This document shows positions 14,136-27,661 of a stretch of DNA of 64,000 nt, in pieces (positions within the stretch are counted from its first letter, which is position 1; every line of letters starts with the position of its first letter). Under the pieces are notes generated by a model. The model made no database searches. It had not been told where the DNA came from and saw only the letters and a list, made by a program, of their open reading frames with translations. Source of the DNA: Octopus vulgaris (taxonomy: Eukaryota); NCBI GenBank assembly GCA_951406725.2, contig OX597828.1:17050001-17114000 (forward strand). The letters are read 5' to 3'. A program made the translations under genes and the position numbers.

Positions 14136-17114
14136 AAGTTCAATGGAATCTAAAAATATGAATGCATGTATAAGAGCATTATCGAAAATGGCTTCAATCT
14201 TGTGAAATATTTCCTTTTTTGTTTTCATTCATGTCTCAAACCCTTGCCCGGCAATGTAAGTTTTGTAACTCTATGTATGGTATGGCACCATGTCAAGCAA
14301 TATTCAAACGAAATGCTAACAACAGACAATTGATGAGTTAGCGAGGTCACATTTTTGTTTGCCACTTGTTCAAATCAAAGGCTCACCGAAATCTGCGTTG
14401 ACGACTCAGTTTCCATTCTAGATCTCAGGCACAACAACTTGTTCCGTATTTTTGGTCAGAACTTTGAAGATAATATTTTCCATGCTATATTCTACACATA
14501 AATTTCGGGATAACTTATCTCCTAATTTATTCTCTCGAGCTTAGGGTCATATCAAATATTTTATCTTCTGTATCTTAGAGCTACTTGCTTGATGTTCTAA
14601 CTTCTAAATTCTACGAAATCTTTCATGCTTTAGTAAAGACGACTGGCCATGTCGCTTGGACTTCGTAATCGTCATAACAAGACTGCAGTTTCAATTCCAG
14701 AACCGTATAATGCGTTGTGTGCTTGGGCAAAACACTTCATTTCACTTTGCTCCAGTCCGTTCAGCTGTAAAAGAGTGACCCTGCGACGAACTGACGTCCG
14801 GTTAAGAGGTGATGTTGCGATCTCGGTCATGTAAAGGCCATGGAAACCGAAGAACCAGCCCCATGAGAACTTGGTTTTATGACAGTTACATCTAGGTGTT
14901 ACCTTTCTCTGTTTTAAATACTATAACTAGGAAAAGCATGTCTTAAAACGTAATTAATAAAAATGAGAATAAACCGCATTACTTATATTTTAAGAATTAG
15001 TTATAAGCACAACGTACTCTAATCTTTAAATTCTATATCACGAAATGCGCCCTAAAACTTATAAATACAGTAAAATGCAAACAATCTGATTCACAGATAT
15101 TAAGGCGTCGAGCTAGCAGAATCGTTAACATGCATGGCAAAATGTTTAGAGGCATTTCCTCCGTCGGTCCGTTCTGAATTCAAAGGCTAGCACGCTCGAA
15201 TTTACCTTTCATCCTTTCGGGATGGATACAATATGTATCAGTCAAATACTGGGATCGATGAAACAGACAGCCCCACTCCTTGAACACGCTGAACACGCTG
15301 GCTTCGTGCCAAAATTTAAACCCTATATGATTTGCAGGCATATTTCGTGTTTTATATTTAAAAATTAAAGAGCATATCTCAAATTTTAAATCCTGAATCT
15401 GAGAACCAGCCTCGTATTTTAAAATTTGGATGTATGAATAACATACTCAATGTTTTGAAATTTTAGGTTTTTTAAACGTGTCCTAAATCCTAGAATTACA
15501 GTAAAATGTAAACAATATGATTCACAGTTAGATATCCTGATAGAAAGCAGCGTTCAATTGACAACCTTGATCTTATAATTATGTTCAAGCGGGGATAACG
15601 GTGATAACTCAACGGCCAACAACAACAACAACGAGAGATGAAAAACAATAAAAGCAACAACAGCCAGTGCAACGTATACAAGAACAACAAAATTAACTAC
15701 CATTACAGAAAGATATTCAGTTCAGTCATTGTTTAACTCAAGAGTGAGGATATCGTCTCAAATTAGAATGAAATAATCTGCATTAGGATTTAAACGGAGT
15801 ATAAATAGACATGTGTTGAAAATAATCACAACAGAGCTGAAGGAAAGCCACTTAGATTCAAGTTGATTTTTCTCTCTCACTTCCTAATGAATCCCTATTA
15901 TTTTTCCTGCTTTCTCGCTACCTCTCCTCTCTCTCTATCTCGCTTTCGCTGTCTCTGTTTTTCTCTATCTCTTTCTATTCATTGTCGTTGAGATGGTGTT
16001 AGGAAGTGTTTCATTCATTACCATTCTAGATTAAACTGTGCCTGAAGGAAGCATTTTTGTTGGGTTCTGGTACAACATCGCAGAGATTTAATGACATCCC
16101 ACTGAGTTCTTACAAATCGAATCTTCTCTTTTACACGAATTCGTGATGGTTTGAAAACATTTACTACGAACATTATGATTCTTGCTTGTAGAATATAATT
16201 TTCCATGACAAAATATTTATTGTGAAATATCAATAAATTTGTGAAAAAAAAAATTCTCTATTTCTTTTTCTTGTTGTTGTTGTTATTGATAATGGTGATG
16301 GTTTTGATATCGAGTAGGAAATACAAAATTAAAATTTCATATAAGCTGAAATCAAAAAGAAATCATTATGATTATTAATCATGGATATTGAAACAGCAAC
16401 AACAACAACAACAACAACAATAATAATAATAATAATAACAATAATAATGATTATTATTATTGTTATTGTTAGTATTGCTATTGTAGATGTTGTTTATTTA
16501 AAAGTTCTTCTATAACTAAGACCGCGAAGGAAACACAGGTGTGTGAAGTTTGTGCAGAAAAATATAGAAAGAAAAAAGTGAAAGTTATACCTGTGCATGT
16601 GTGTGTATTTATGTGTGTATGTATAGAGGGCATGTGTGTGTTTGTGTATGTGTGTAAATGTGAGTGTGTGTGTGTGTGTGTTTGCGTTTGTGTGTGTGTG
16701 TAAAGCGAGAAAAAGAGAGATATATTCGCATGAGAATTTTCTTGCTAAAACATAAAACAAAAGCTAATTAAGAACCAATGGAAAGACTCCTGGAATTGCT
16801 AGATATAACTGTGAAATACGTTTGTTATTTCAGCCAATCCCTTTAAAAGATGGGATGATAGATTAGATAATGTTGCCATAGATACATTCTATTTGAAAAA
16901 AAAATATTAACTTAAAATATTTGGCGATGATGGTTGTGGTCAGTAATGGAATGCTTTTGATCATAGATTTATACGATCGGTGCTTACTTGCTTCCAAGCA
17001 ACAAGAAAGCAAAACACTAACAAACAACGATTTCTTATATAAAATATAACAAAAATATTATTGAACTCTCGCTTGAACGCGCTGCACCGAGGCTGGTTTG
17101 AGCAGTGAAATTTA

Positions 17115-17892
17115 TAATATATGGAAGAACATGTGCATAATTTATTAGTTTCAAATTTGATACAAGGTAGGTATCGTCGGTCGAGGGATAAGTCTGTTAG
17201 ATCGACTCCAGCATTCAACTGGTACTTATTTTATTGACTCTGAAACGGATGAAAAGCAAGGTCAACATCGGCGGAATTCGAACGCGAAATGCCGCTAAGC
17301 ACATTGACCGGCGTGCTAAGCATTGTGCCAAGCCCGTCGCCATTGGTTTCAAATTTTGCCACAAGACCAGCAAAGGAGAGGGGGAAATCGAATACATCAG
17401 CCCTCGTTCTTCAACTGGTACTTATTTTATCGACCCCCAAATGGAAGAAAGATAAAACATTTTAACTAAGAACGAAATTTCGGAAGAAATGCCGCTAAGC
17501 ATAATTTCTGTGCGGTAAAAACTCCGCCATTTCGCAACCTCATATGCATAATATAAATATGCTTGGAATATTGGTACACGACCAACAAATTTGAGGGATA
17601 ACGTAAATCGATTACATCGAACCCAGTGCTCAGCTGGTACTGATTTTATCGACCTCGAAAGATGAAAAAGTCGACTTCAGTGGAATTTGAACTCAAAACT
17701 TATAGATAGGAGTGGTTGTGTGGTTAGTAGATTACTTACCAACAACATGGTTCCGGGTTCAGTCCCACTGCGTGGTACTTTGGGCAAGTGTTTTCTACTA
17801 TAGCCTCGGATCGACAAAACCCTTGTAAGTGGATTTGGTAGACGGAAACGGAAAGAAGCCCGTCGTATATGTATATATATATATATACATGT

Positions 17893-17951
<59 letters not shown>

Positions 17952-18468
17952 CGTGTGTGTGTATATGGTTGTGTGTCTGTGTTCGTTCCCCCCAATATTG
18001 CTTGACAACTGATGCTGGTGTGTTTACGTCCCCGTAACTTAGCGGTTCGGCAAAAGAGACCTATAGAATAAGTACCAGGCTTACAAAGAATAAGTTCTGG
18101 GTTCGATTTGCTCGACTAAAGGCGGTGCTTCAGCATGGCCGCAGTCAAATGACTGAAACAAGTAAAAGAGTAAACAGTAAAGAGTATAGAAAAAAGGCTA
18201 TAAAACATTTTACCCAGCGGGCTAACGGCTCTGCTAGCTCGCCGCCATAATTTCATATTCATAATATAATGATTTCAAATTGTGGTACATGGCCAGCAAT
18301 TTCGGATGAGGGGGTAAAACAATTATATCCACCCCAGTGTTCAACTGGTACTTATTTTATAGACCCTCGAAAAGATGAAAGGGAAATTTGAACACAAGAA
18401 CTTAAACATGAAGACGGACAAAAAGCATTATGTCTGCTGTGTTAACAATTCTCACAACCTGCCGCCCT
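17115..18468 (-). mobile_element. Array of four head-to-tail family D SINE copies (third interrupted by family A)
   Basis: Repeated blocks AATTT..C.ACAAGG, ATCGAC.CCAG..TTCAACTGGTACTTATTTTAT.GAC at ~17150, 17350, 17565 and 18275. Confidence 0.75.
17707..18184 (+). mobile_element. SINE family A nested in a family D SINE
   Basis: Family A sequence; TATAGA repeated at 17701-17706 and 18185-18190; the family D sequence resumes after it. Confidence 0.88.
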
Positions 18469-19341
18469 AATTTCGTATGCTTAATATATTAGCATTATAT
18501 TTTATGCTACTAATAGTGCAAGGCAATGAATAATGCAAATTTATATTCCAGAGACAATTAAAATTAGTTTTTCAGTATACAACGATATCTCATTGAACTA
18601 CATGTAACAGTTTACACTATTATTTGGAACAGCACGTAAAAATTGTTTATTTTTCTTTTTTAATTTGGGCTACTTACTGCTTCGAAATTTTAATTTTAAA
18701 TTTAAATGTAATAATCCTGTCGAATATCGTATTCAATTATCAACTAACCAAATTAGAAACGACCTACCGGCAAACTTTCCAGATGTATTTATAAGCAAAA
18801 TTTTCTAACACAATTGAAATTTGTGTACATCGCATTTTTACTCATTATGAAATTAATCTGCCTTTATAATGTAAATGTATGCCAGTGATATATGCATCAT
18901 ATAAATATACAATATTTCTAAATAATATATTATATTCCAGTATTAATCACAAATTAGTGTACTTTTCTCGAAAAAGAGCAATAATTGTTCTTCATACAAC
19001 ATAATCGGCCATGCGGTTAGGGTGTTGGACTCTCGATTGGTAGGTCGTTGGTTCGCTCCACGGACAAGTCAGTAAGCTGAATGTTTGAGCAGAACTTCAT
19101 TCCACATTGCTCGAGTCTGCTCAGTTGTAAATGCCTAACCCTGCGACGACCACAGGGAAATATTGGCTTGATCACCTTGGTAACGGGATATTCTTTCTCA
19201 TACGAAGGGCAAAAAGCAAGTGAAGCGCATTGTGGCCATCGATGTATAACAGCATCCGATAGTTTAGTAAATAGCGTGATACCATGATAGATATGTGTGT
19301 GTGTATGTATATAATCAAACATGTGTGTATATATACTTATA

Positions 19342-19405
<64 letters not shown>

Positions 19406-19416
19406 ATATATATTTG

Positions 19417-19447
<31 letters not shown>

Positions 19448-19450
19448 ATA

Positions 19451-19632
19451 CTTTATTTAAAGCAGCAGAAAATTCAACAAACCCGTTGAACTGTCCGATG
19501 AACGGCAACGGGAAACTCAGAGTAACAGCTTTTGTTGAATTTTCTGCTGCTTTAAATAAAGCACATTACTCTACCACTGGTATTTGAGTACTCTTTTTTT
19601 CCACCTTGTTTCACATTTATGTGTTTACTCCG
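19451..19632 (+). mobile_element. Penelope-like terminal remnant with 31-bp perfect inverted repeat around a hammerhead-like motif
   Basis: IR at 19451-19481/19531-19561; CTGT-CCGATGA..GAAAC-TCAGA-GTA-ACAG at 19491-19528; sits in TA/TG microsatellite. Confidence 0.6.
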
Positions 19633-19635
19633 GTA

Positions 19636-19702
<67 letters not shown>

Positions 19703-19710
19703 TTATATAT

Positions 19711-19772
<62 letters not shown>

Positions 19773-19779
19773 GTATATA

Positions 19780-19826
<47 letters not shown>

Positions 19827-20867
19827 ACACACACGCAAATATGTATGTCGTCAGTGGATCATATATCCGAAAAAGAAACACACTCTGAAGGTTACAGTAA
19901 TAATGTATTTTCATGAAGTTAAATATAAATCCGATCATAGAGCGGTTAATGTTTTCACATCCATAAAGTTCTGAGCGTTATAGACGACTCCTCACACTCT
20001 AATGGCGGAGAGCATGCAACTTCTCTTCAAACAGGATGTAGAAAACAGTTATGGTTAGTTAATTCCTAATCAAAATATAATATCCACTGTTTGAGCTTCA
20101 AATAGGATAAGTTATCTTCCTTAGGCCGGTTCGGTTGGCAAATCTTATGGACCTTAAAGGCAAACAGGGAATCTTCGCCCTTAGGCTGCTTTCGGTCTGA
20201 AAGAACTTTCTCCAGCTCTAATCGATCAACGAAGAATGTTTGGAATGGGGGCTCGGACTATAGATCTCATGCCTTGAGTTTAAGAGGGATCCGGGTGAGC
20301 GACTCTTTAACGATCTTTGCCAGCTCTATTATGCAACGCTTCCATCGTCTGCTCTCGTTTATATAGGACCCCATCTGCTCTATGATCCACCATTTCATTT
20401 TGTATGGGGTTCAATGTGCTCCACATTTAAAAGACCTGCCTGACCAAGGACGTGAATGAGCTTTAAAAGAGGACCTGTGGTTGCACAGGAAGCACTTTAA
20501 AGCAGTCCACTCCGACCTGATATATCTCCAAACTTGAGTGCTGGTTATGTCCACGACTCTGATGTATCTTTCATTGGAACTGTCATCGCTACTATTATTA
20601 CGGATCCTTGACCTGACGATATCGCTTCCTTTTTCTAATTTTTTCTTTCATTTATTTGCGTTAAATGTGGAGCACATAGAAGCATGGAACCACAGCAGCG
20701 GACAAACCTTGCCATCTTACATACCTCAGCGGCGTTCATACATATACACATGCATCAATGCATACACCTTATCGCATTATCGTTGTTATACACATGTGCA
20801 TACCTAACTATTTACATGCCTATCTACCCAACTTATTTGATATATAAATATATATATATATTATATG

Positions 20868-20934
<67 letters not shown>

Positions 20935-20991
20935 ATATGTATTATATGCATCTATCTATCCATATATATATATATATACATACATATATAT

Positions 20992-21032
<41 letters not shown>

Positions 21033-21808
21033 TGTATATATATATACATATATATTACATAAATATATACATATATTATGCATATATGCACAAATATGTA
21101 TACGTATGTATGCACTTATGTATATATATATACATACATATATTTGCGTGTATTGATAATCATTCTAAGGTCAAATCTACAAAGAGTCTTTATGGAATGA
21201 ATTTAGCTTTAAAAACGCAATATAGCCTCCACATGAAAGTGCTCATGGTATAATCAGCAATCAGTGTTTTGCTATGACGTGTCTCCGCTCTTTTCCTTTG
21301 TAGTCTCATTATAGTATATAGACACACGCGCGCGCGCACACATCAATGCTCCATCGTTCTCCATCTCCACAAACACACAAACAAACAAAAAAGAAGAAGA
21401 AGAAGAAGTTAAATATATCTCGCTTTGGACACGTTTATCTATCTTTCTCGTTGTATCTATTCGAAATAGATTGCTTAGATTTTTATCGATATTTTCAACA
21501 CAAATTTCATAATAGGCGAGATTACGAATAAAATCGATTGTTTCGATATACACCAAATAAATTTACATTTTTCCTATCGATATATCTTGTTAGAATAAAT
21601 GACGAGCAACGAAGAGCATTGAAAGGGCGAAGTACGGCGCCAAAATTCGAGAGAATATTCTGGGGAAATCAGCGATTACGTAAATGACAGCACTTTCAAC
21701 AAATAGCTGTTGTTGACTTGTTGCTTCAAACTCTTTCAGTTGGTCTCTATGCGCAAATTTACAACTGAGTAAAATACAACGGTGTACAGCAATATTGCTC
21801 AATGAGGA

Positions 21809-22060
21809 GGAGTGGCTGTGAGGTAAGTAGCTTGCTTACGAACCACATGGTTCCCGGTTCAGACCCACAGCGTGGCACCTTGGGAAAGTGTCTTCTACTA
21901 TAGCCTCAGGCCGACCAAAGCCTTGTGAGTGGACTTGGTAGACGGAAACTGAAAGAAGCCCGTCGTATGTATGTATATATATATGTGTGTGTGTGTGTGT
22001 GCGTGTGTTTGAGTGTCTGTGTTTGTCCCCCCAACATTGTTTGACAACCGATGCAGGTGT
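21809..22060 (+). mobile_element. SINE family A, 5' two-thirds
   Basis: Head, CORE-like block and internal microsatellite; truncated at GATGCAGGTGT. Confidence 0.88.
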
Positions 22061-22083
22061 GACCGTAGCATGTGACTGTGGTC

Positions 22084-22465
22084 ATGTGACTGTGGCATGC
22101 AGGAGCACCACATGTAGTCGAGAAAATCGACACCAGGACTTATTCTTTGCAAGCCTAGTACTTATACTATCAGTCTCTCTTACCGAACCGCTAAGTGACG
22201 GGGACGTAAACACACTACCATCAGTTTTCAAGCGATGTTGTGGAATTAAACATAGGCACACAAACACACACACACACACACATATGTACATATACATATA
22301 TACGACAAGCTTCTTTCAGTTTCCGTCTACCAAATCCACTCACAAGGCTTTGGTCGGTTCGAGGCTATAGCAGAAGACAATTGCCAAAGGTGCCACGCAG
22401 TGGAATTGAACCCGGAACTATGTGGTTGGTAAGCAAGCTACTTACCACACAGCCGCTCCTGCGCC
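22084..22465 (-). mobile_element. SINE family A, inverted relative to the adjacent copy
   Basis: Reverse complement of family A, ending CCACACAGCCGCTCCTGCGCC. Confidence 0.88.
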
Positions 22466-22944
22466 TCAATACACACAATTTTGAACTTTGTAGGATTCTG
22501 GAGAATCAAGGCTTAAATAAGAAAGTACAAGCGTCAGGTCGGTGATAGTGCTATCATGAATAAACGATATTTAAGGCTAATTACGTACTTACTAAAGTAA
22601 ACACCCATTTGTACTCCGGTAGAGCATACATCCATCAAATGGCCGAGTACACAACGAGTCGTTAAGATCACATGTGGACACACTCACTGCTACTATTGCA
22701 TAGCATTGGATGTAGTCTTGATCGAAAGGAATTGCAGGTTCTCAGTTAAATAAAGGATAAAAAAATAACAGATTCTGGGTCAGTACGGCTGTTTCAGACG
22801 TCTTTTTTTATTGATTAACAGAAGTGTTACATCATGCAAAAAACCCCAGTTAAGTACACATAAGGTAAATACACGTGAATACATCAGGTAAATACACGTA
22901 AGAAGGAAAGGTTTTGAACATCCCAAGAGCCTGCATATATTATT

Positions 22945-23155
22945 TTTCTACCGTAGGCACAAGGCCCGAAATTTTGGGGAGTAGGGGTCCAGTCGATTAG
23001 ATCGCCCCCAGTACGCAACTGGTGCTTAATTTATCGACCCTGAAAGGATGAAAGGCAAGGTCAACCTTGGTGGAATTTGAACTCAGAACGTAAAGAGAGA
23101 CGAAATACCGCTCAGCATAACGCCCGGCGTGCTTGCGTCTCTGCCCGCTCGCCGT
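22945..23155 (-). mobile_element. SINE family D
   Basis: Well-preserved reverse complement of family D. Confidence 0.82.
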
Positions 23156-24113
23156 CTACATATATTGCCATTTAACTCTGCCAACCCAAATTCGGTGAGA
23201 GAGTGGAACACTTCTGTTCATTAATACAAGAACACGTCTGAAACAGCTGTAGTGAACCACACTCTATCTGTCGTTATATGTTTTATATACATACACAAGT
23301 GTGTGTGTGTATATGTTTGTGGTTATTTGTGTTGTGTTGTTGTGCGTGTTTGTGTTGTTTGTGGCAGTGATGTAGGGGATGGTTCTCCATTTTTCGGCGA
23401 CGAGGATTTGGTAGAGCAATCAGTGGATTACCTCCCCCTGAATTAAGGTGGTATTAGCTGTGCATTCTTCAGACGCATCTACACTTGACGTTATTCCCAG
23501 GAAGAATCAGCAAGACCACAATCGAATGACGGAATGCTTCAGCTTGAATGACAAATACATTGAACTCGATGAGATTCTACACTTTTTACAGGTTGCTCTT
23601 ATACGAGAGGAGATTACATTTGTCCAGTATAACAGGTGAAATGAGCAAATCTGGGATCACATGGGAACAAAATAAATTTTGGCGAGCCATTTGGACAAAG
23701 ACATATGTTTCTGTATGCAAAAACACACTCATATATACACCCATCTGTTGATCAATATAAAGATCATACATTGATCAATACTTATATACATACGCACACT
23801 CACGCAAACACCCATATACGCATGTATATATTCATGTATGTGTATATGTATAATTAAGATATAAAATACACAGGTATGTCTTGAGATAGCTAGTAATAAC
23901 AAAACTCAAAATGTAATACAGACTGCAGTTGTAGTGCTTCAAATGAGCTTTATTCCACTTTTAAATTTGAGCGGAGGCAATGCGAGCAGGAACTAAAGGA
24001 ACATTACTAAGATCCACACGCAAAGATCAAATACATGCATATATTCATATATTCATTTATATCTACAGAACGGATATAAAATACGACATATATAAATATA
24101 ATAATATATTTCT

Positions 24114-24286
24114 GGAGTGGCTGTGTGGTAAGTAGCTTGCTAACCAACCACATGGTTCCGGGTTCAGTCCCACTGCGTGGCATCTTGGGCAAGTGTCTTC
24201 TGCTATAGCCCCGGGCCCACCAATGCCTTGTGAGTGGATTTGGTAGACGGAAACTGAAAGAAGCCTGTCGTATATATGTATGTATG

Positions 24287-24325
<39 letters not shown>

Positions 24326-24530
24326 ATGTGTTTGAGTTTCTGTGTTTGTCCTCCTAGCATTGCTTGACAACCGATGCTGGTGTGTTTACGTCCCCGTCGC
24401 TTAGCGGTTCGGCAAAATAGACCGATAGAATAAGTACTGGGCTTACAAAGAATAAGTTCTGGGGTCGATTTGCTCGACTAAAGGCGGTGCTCCAGCATGG
24501 CTGCAGTCAAATGAGTGAAACAAGTAAAAT
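24114..24530 (+). mobile_element. SINE family A
   Basis: Same sequence blocks as 6336-6740. Confidence 0.9.
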
Positions 24531-25181
24531 ATAAAGATATTAATAGATGAAAATCATATAATATATATAAATATATAAGAATCAGTGTTACATAGAAAAC
24601 ACAGGGAATTTAAGCTTAAAGTTATAAAACATTTGCAAATTAAAAATTTGGGATAATAAAACATAAAATGGACCTACTAAAATGATGTACTTAAACTCCA
24701 GAAAAAAATTAGTAAAAATACAAAGATTTTCATCTTTGAAATTTGGCGGACACGCGTCAATTAATATGATACGTTTCATATTTTCGAAACACTCCCTCAT
24801 CAGGATTTGTTTTTACTCACAGTACACAATACATGTCAACAAATGTACAATTACATACCAGCCATCTGCGAAAATATCAAGATATATGTATACACGAATG
24901 CGTGTGTACGCATGCTAGCGCGCGTCCCCCGATGGGATTCTATATTACTTTCCATCTGACCAAATTCAGTCAAATTTTATCAGTAGATCGATCCTACGAG
25001 GGGAAATTACACTTTTCAAATATACCAGGCAAGGAGCACGAACCTGGAACCACGTGATTGCAAAACAAATTTGTGAAGCATTTGGACAAAGACGTATGTT
25101 TCGGTATGTAAACACGCACGTGTATATATCCGTCCATTCATCCGTACACACAGAGTAACACATACATACATAAATACACGC

Positions 25182-25240
<59 letters not shown>

Positions 25241-25261
25241 TGTGAGTGTGTGTGTGCGCGC

Positions 25262-25297
<36 letters not shown>

Positions 25298-25618
25298 TTA
25301 CGTATATGTATATACAAATACATGTTTGCGCGTGTGTATAGATGTGTGTATGTATGAATATAATGTATATATACAATCGGACAAATACTTTAGATAGACA
25401 GATAATAGACATGACTGTCGGAAGCTTTGCTCCAATGATGGTAATGACGGCAGGCAGGTTAGGTTGTTAAGTATGTTGATGGATCGAAAGAGTATGTAGC
25501 TCGACGTAGAACGATAACAAAAATGGATTCCACCATGGATTTGTGAGTGACGTGAATTCGTGCAACGTATCGTATGTCTTGCCTCCATATTGAAATATCT
25601 CCCTACATACATCTGAGG

Positions 25619-25667
<49 letters not shown>

Positions 25668-26251
25668 AGAGATAACCCAAACGTAGACTAACTGACTGAA
25701 AATTCCTGAAGACAACAAACTAAATTCTTTAATCTCTTTCGTATTTACTAAATTGATAAATAAGATATGACAAAAACTCAGTCAACTTTCTTCGAAATAA
25801 CTTGGAAATTAGATTAGTTGCGAACAAAGCAAAAGCTCTGCATTTGGTATTTCGGTGGAGTAGTCAGGAAGCGTTTTACTCCGTCCTGATTATATTTCCT
25901 TTCCGTCACATAGGATTATGTTTCATCAAAGAAAAGCAGACATTGTTGAAAATGGTCCGAGAATTCTTGACATGAATAAATTCTTGTTGATCAGGAAATA
26001 TCTACCCAAATATTTTATTGATTTCCAGCAGTATTTCACTTTAAGTACTATCATATCATACGTGATTTGAGAACCTTTCTGTCCATATATATTTATGTGT
26101 GTGTGTGTGTGTTTGTTTGTGTGTGTGTGTGTGTGTGTGTATCAGTGAGTGAGTATATGTGTATATACAGAGATACATATACATGCATATATGCCTGTAT
26201 ATATATATACAGATATACACATGTGCATACATATGTATATCATATATGTAA

Positions 26252-26291
<40 letters not shown>

Positions 26292-26449
26292 ATATATATA
26301 TATATGTATACATATAGAAGTATAATATATATACCCATGTGTGTATATATACACACATATATAAATGCATATATATGTGTGTATGTGCATATATGTATGT
26401 ATGTATGTAAGTATGTATGTATGTATGTATGTATGTATGTATGTATGTA

Positions 26450-26567
<118 letters not shown>

Positions 26568-26894
26568 TGTTGTTTGTTGGTGTAAAAAACAGCGTAACCA
26601 TCATTTCTTTATGTTTTCTTTATGTTTTCAAACTATTTTCGACCATAAGGTGAATCTTTACAGATCGAGAGAACAGCATTGCCGAAAATCTCAACGACCA
26701 GCGAAGGAAAATAACTTTATGCACTGCTTGCATTGGCGCAGCTATAAAATTTCTTTTAAGACAATAATCCATGGCCTAAAACGAGCAACCCAGTTATATT
26801 TTACTGGAATATATATATATATATATATATACACTTTCAGTAATAACTAAGAAATTCATGAGGATCATAAATTCAGTAGATCCAAAACGTGTGG

Positions 26895-26943
<49 letters not shown>

Positions 26944-27434
26944 TTCGAATAAAAGGGTTAAATATTTCCCATTTTATTGAATAGCATAAATTCTGGTCAG
27001 ACAATCTGTGTTTTCCTTTCGTCTTTACATATCTGAAGATGTATAGAAAAGATAGTATTTCATAATCAGAGTTAAATTATCGTAATCAATTTTAATCCTT
27101 ATTATGCATAGTTTTCCTTGATTCTTACATGATCTCTAATATTTGCTTCTTCCTATGATTATGGTAAACACTCTTATTTATCTTTCATAATCAGCCTAAT
27201 CCATACTAATGAGATACACGGTCTACGGCCAAAACGCTACTCACAATTCCGCCATTGTACATTTGCTTGCTGAAAGCGCCTGATGGATGAAAGTTGAAAT
27301 GGAAATCACTCTGGAAGTATTAAGTCATGTTATTTATATGGTAACTTTATCAAATAAACATTCCTCGAATTCCCCACGAGCTAACTTCAGTATCTTTCTC
27401 TCTCCGTCTCTCTGTCACTCTCACTCTCCCTCTG

Positions 27435-27507
<73 letters not shown>

Positions 27508-27619
27508 CATTTGTGTGTGTATCTATATATCTGTCCACGTATCTATTAATTTATACATTTATTTATCTTTGTATATATCTAAATATATATTTGTGTGTGC
27601 CTGTATATATCTATCTATA

Positions 27620-27661
<42 letters not shown>

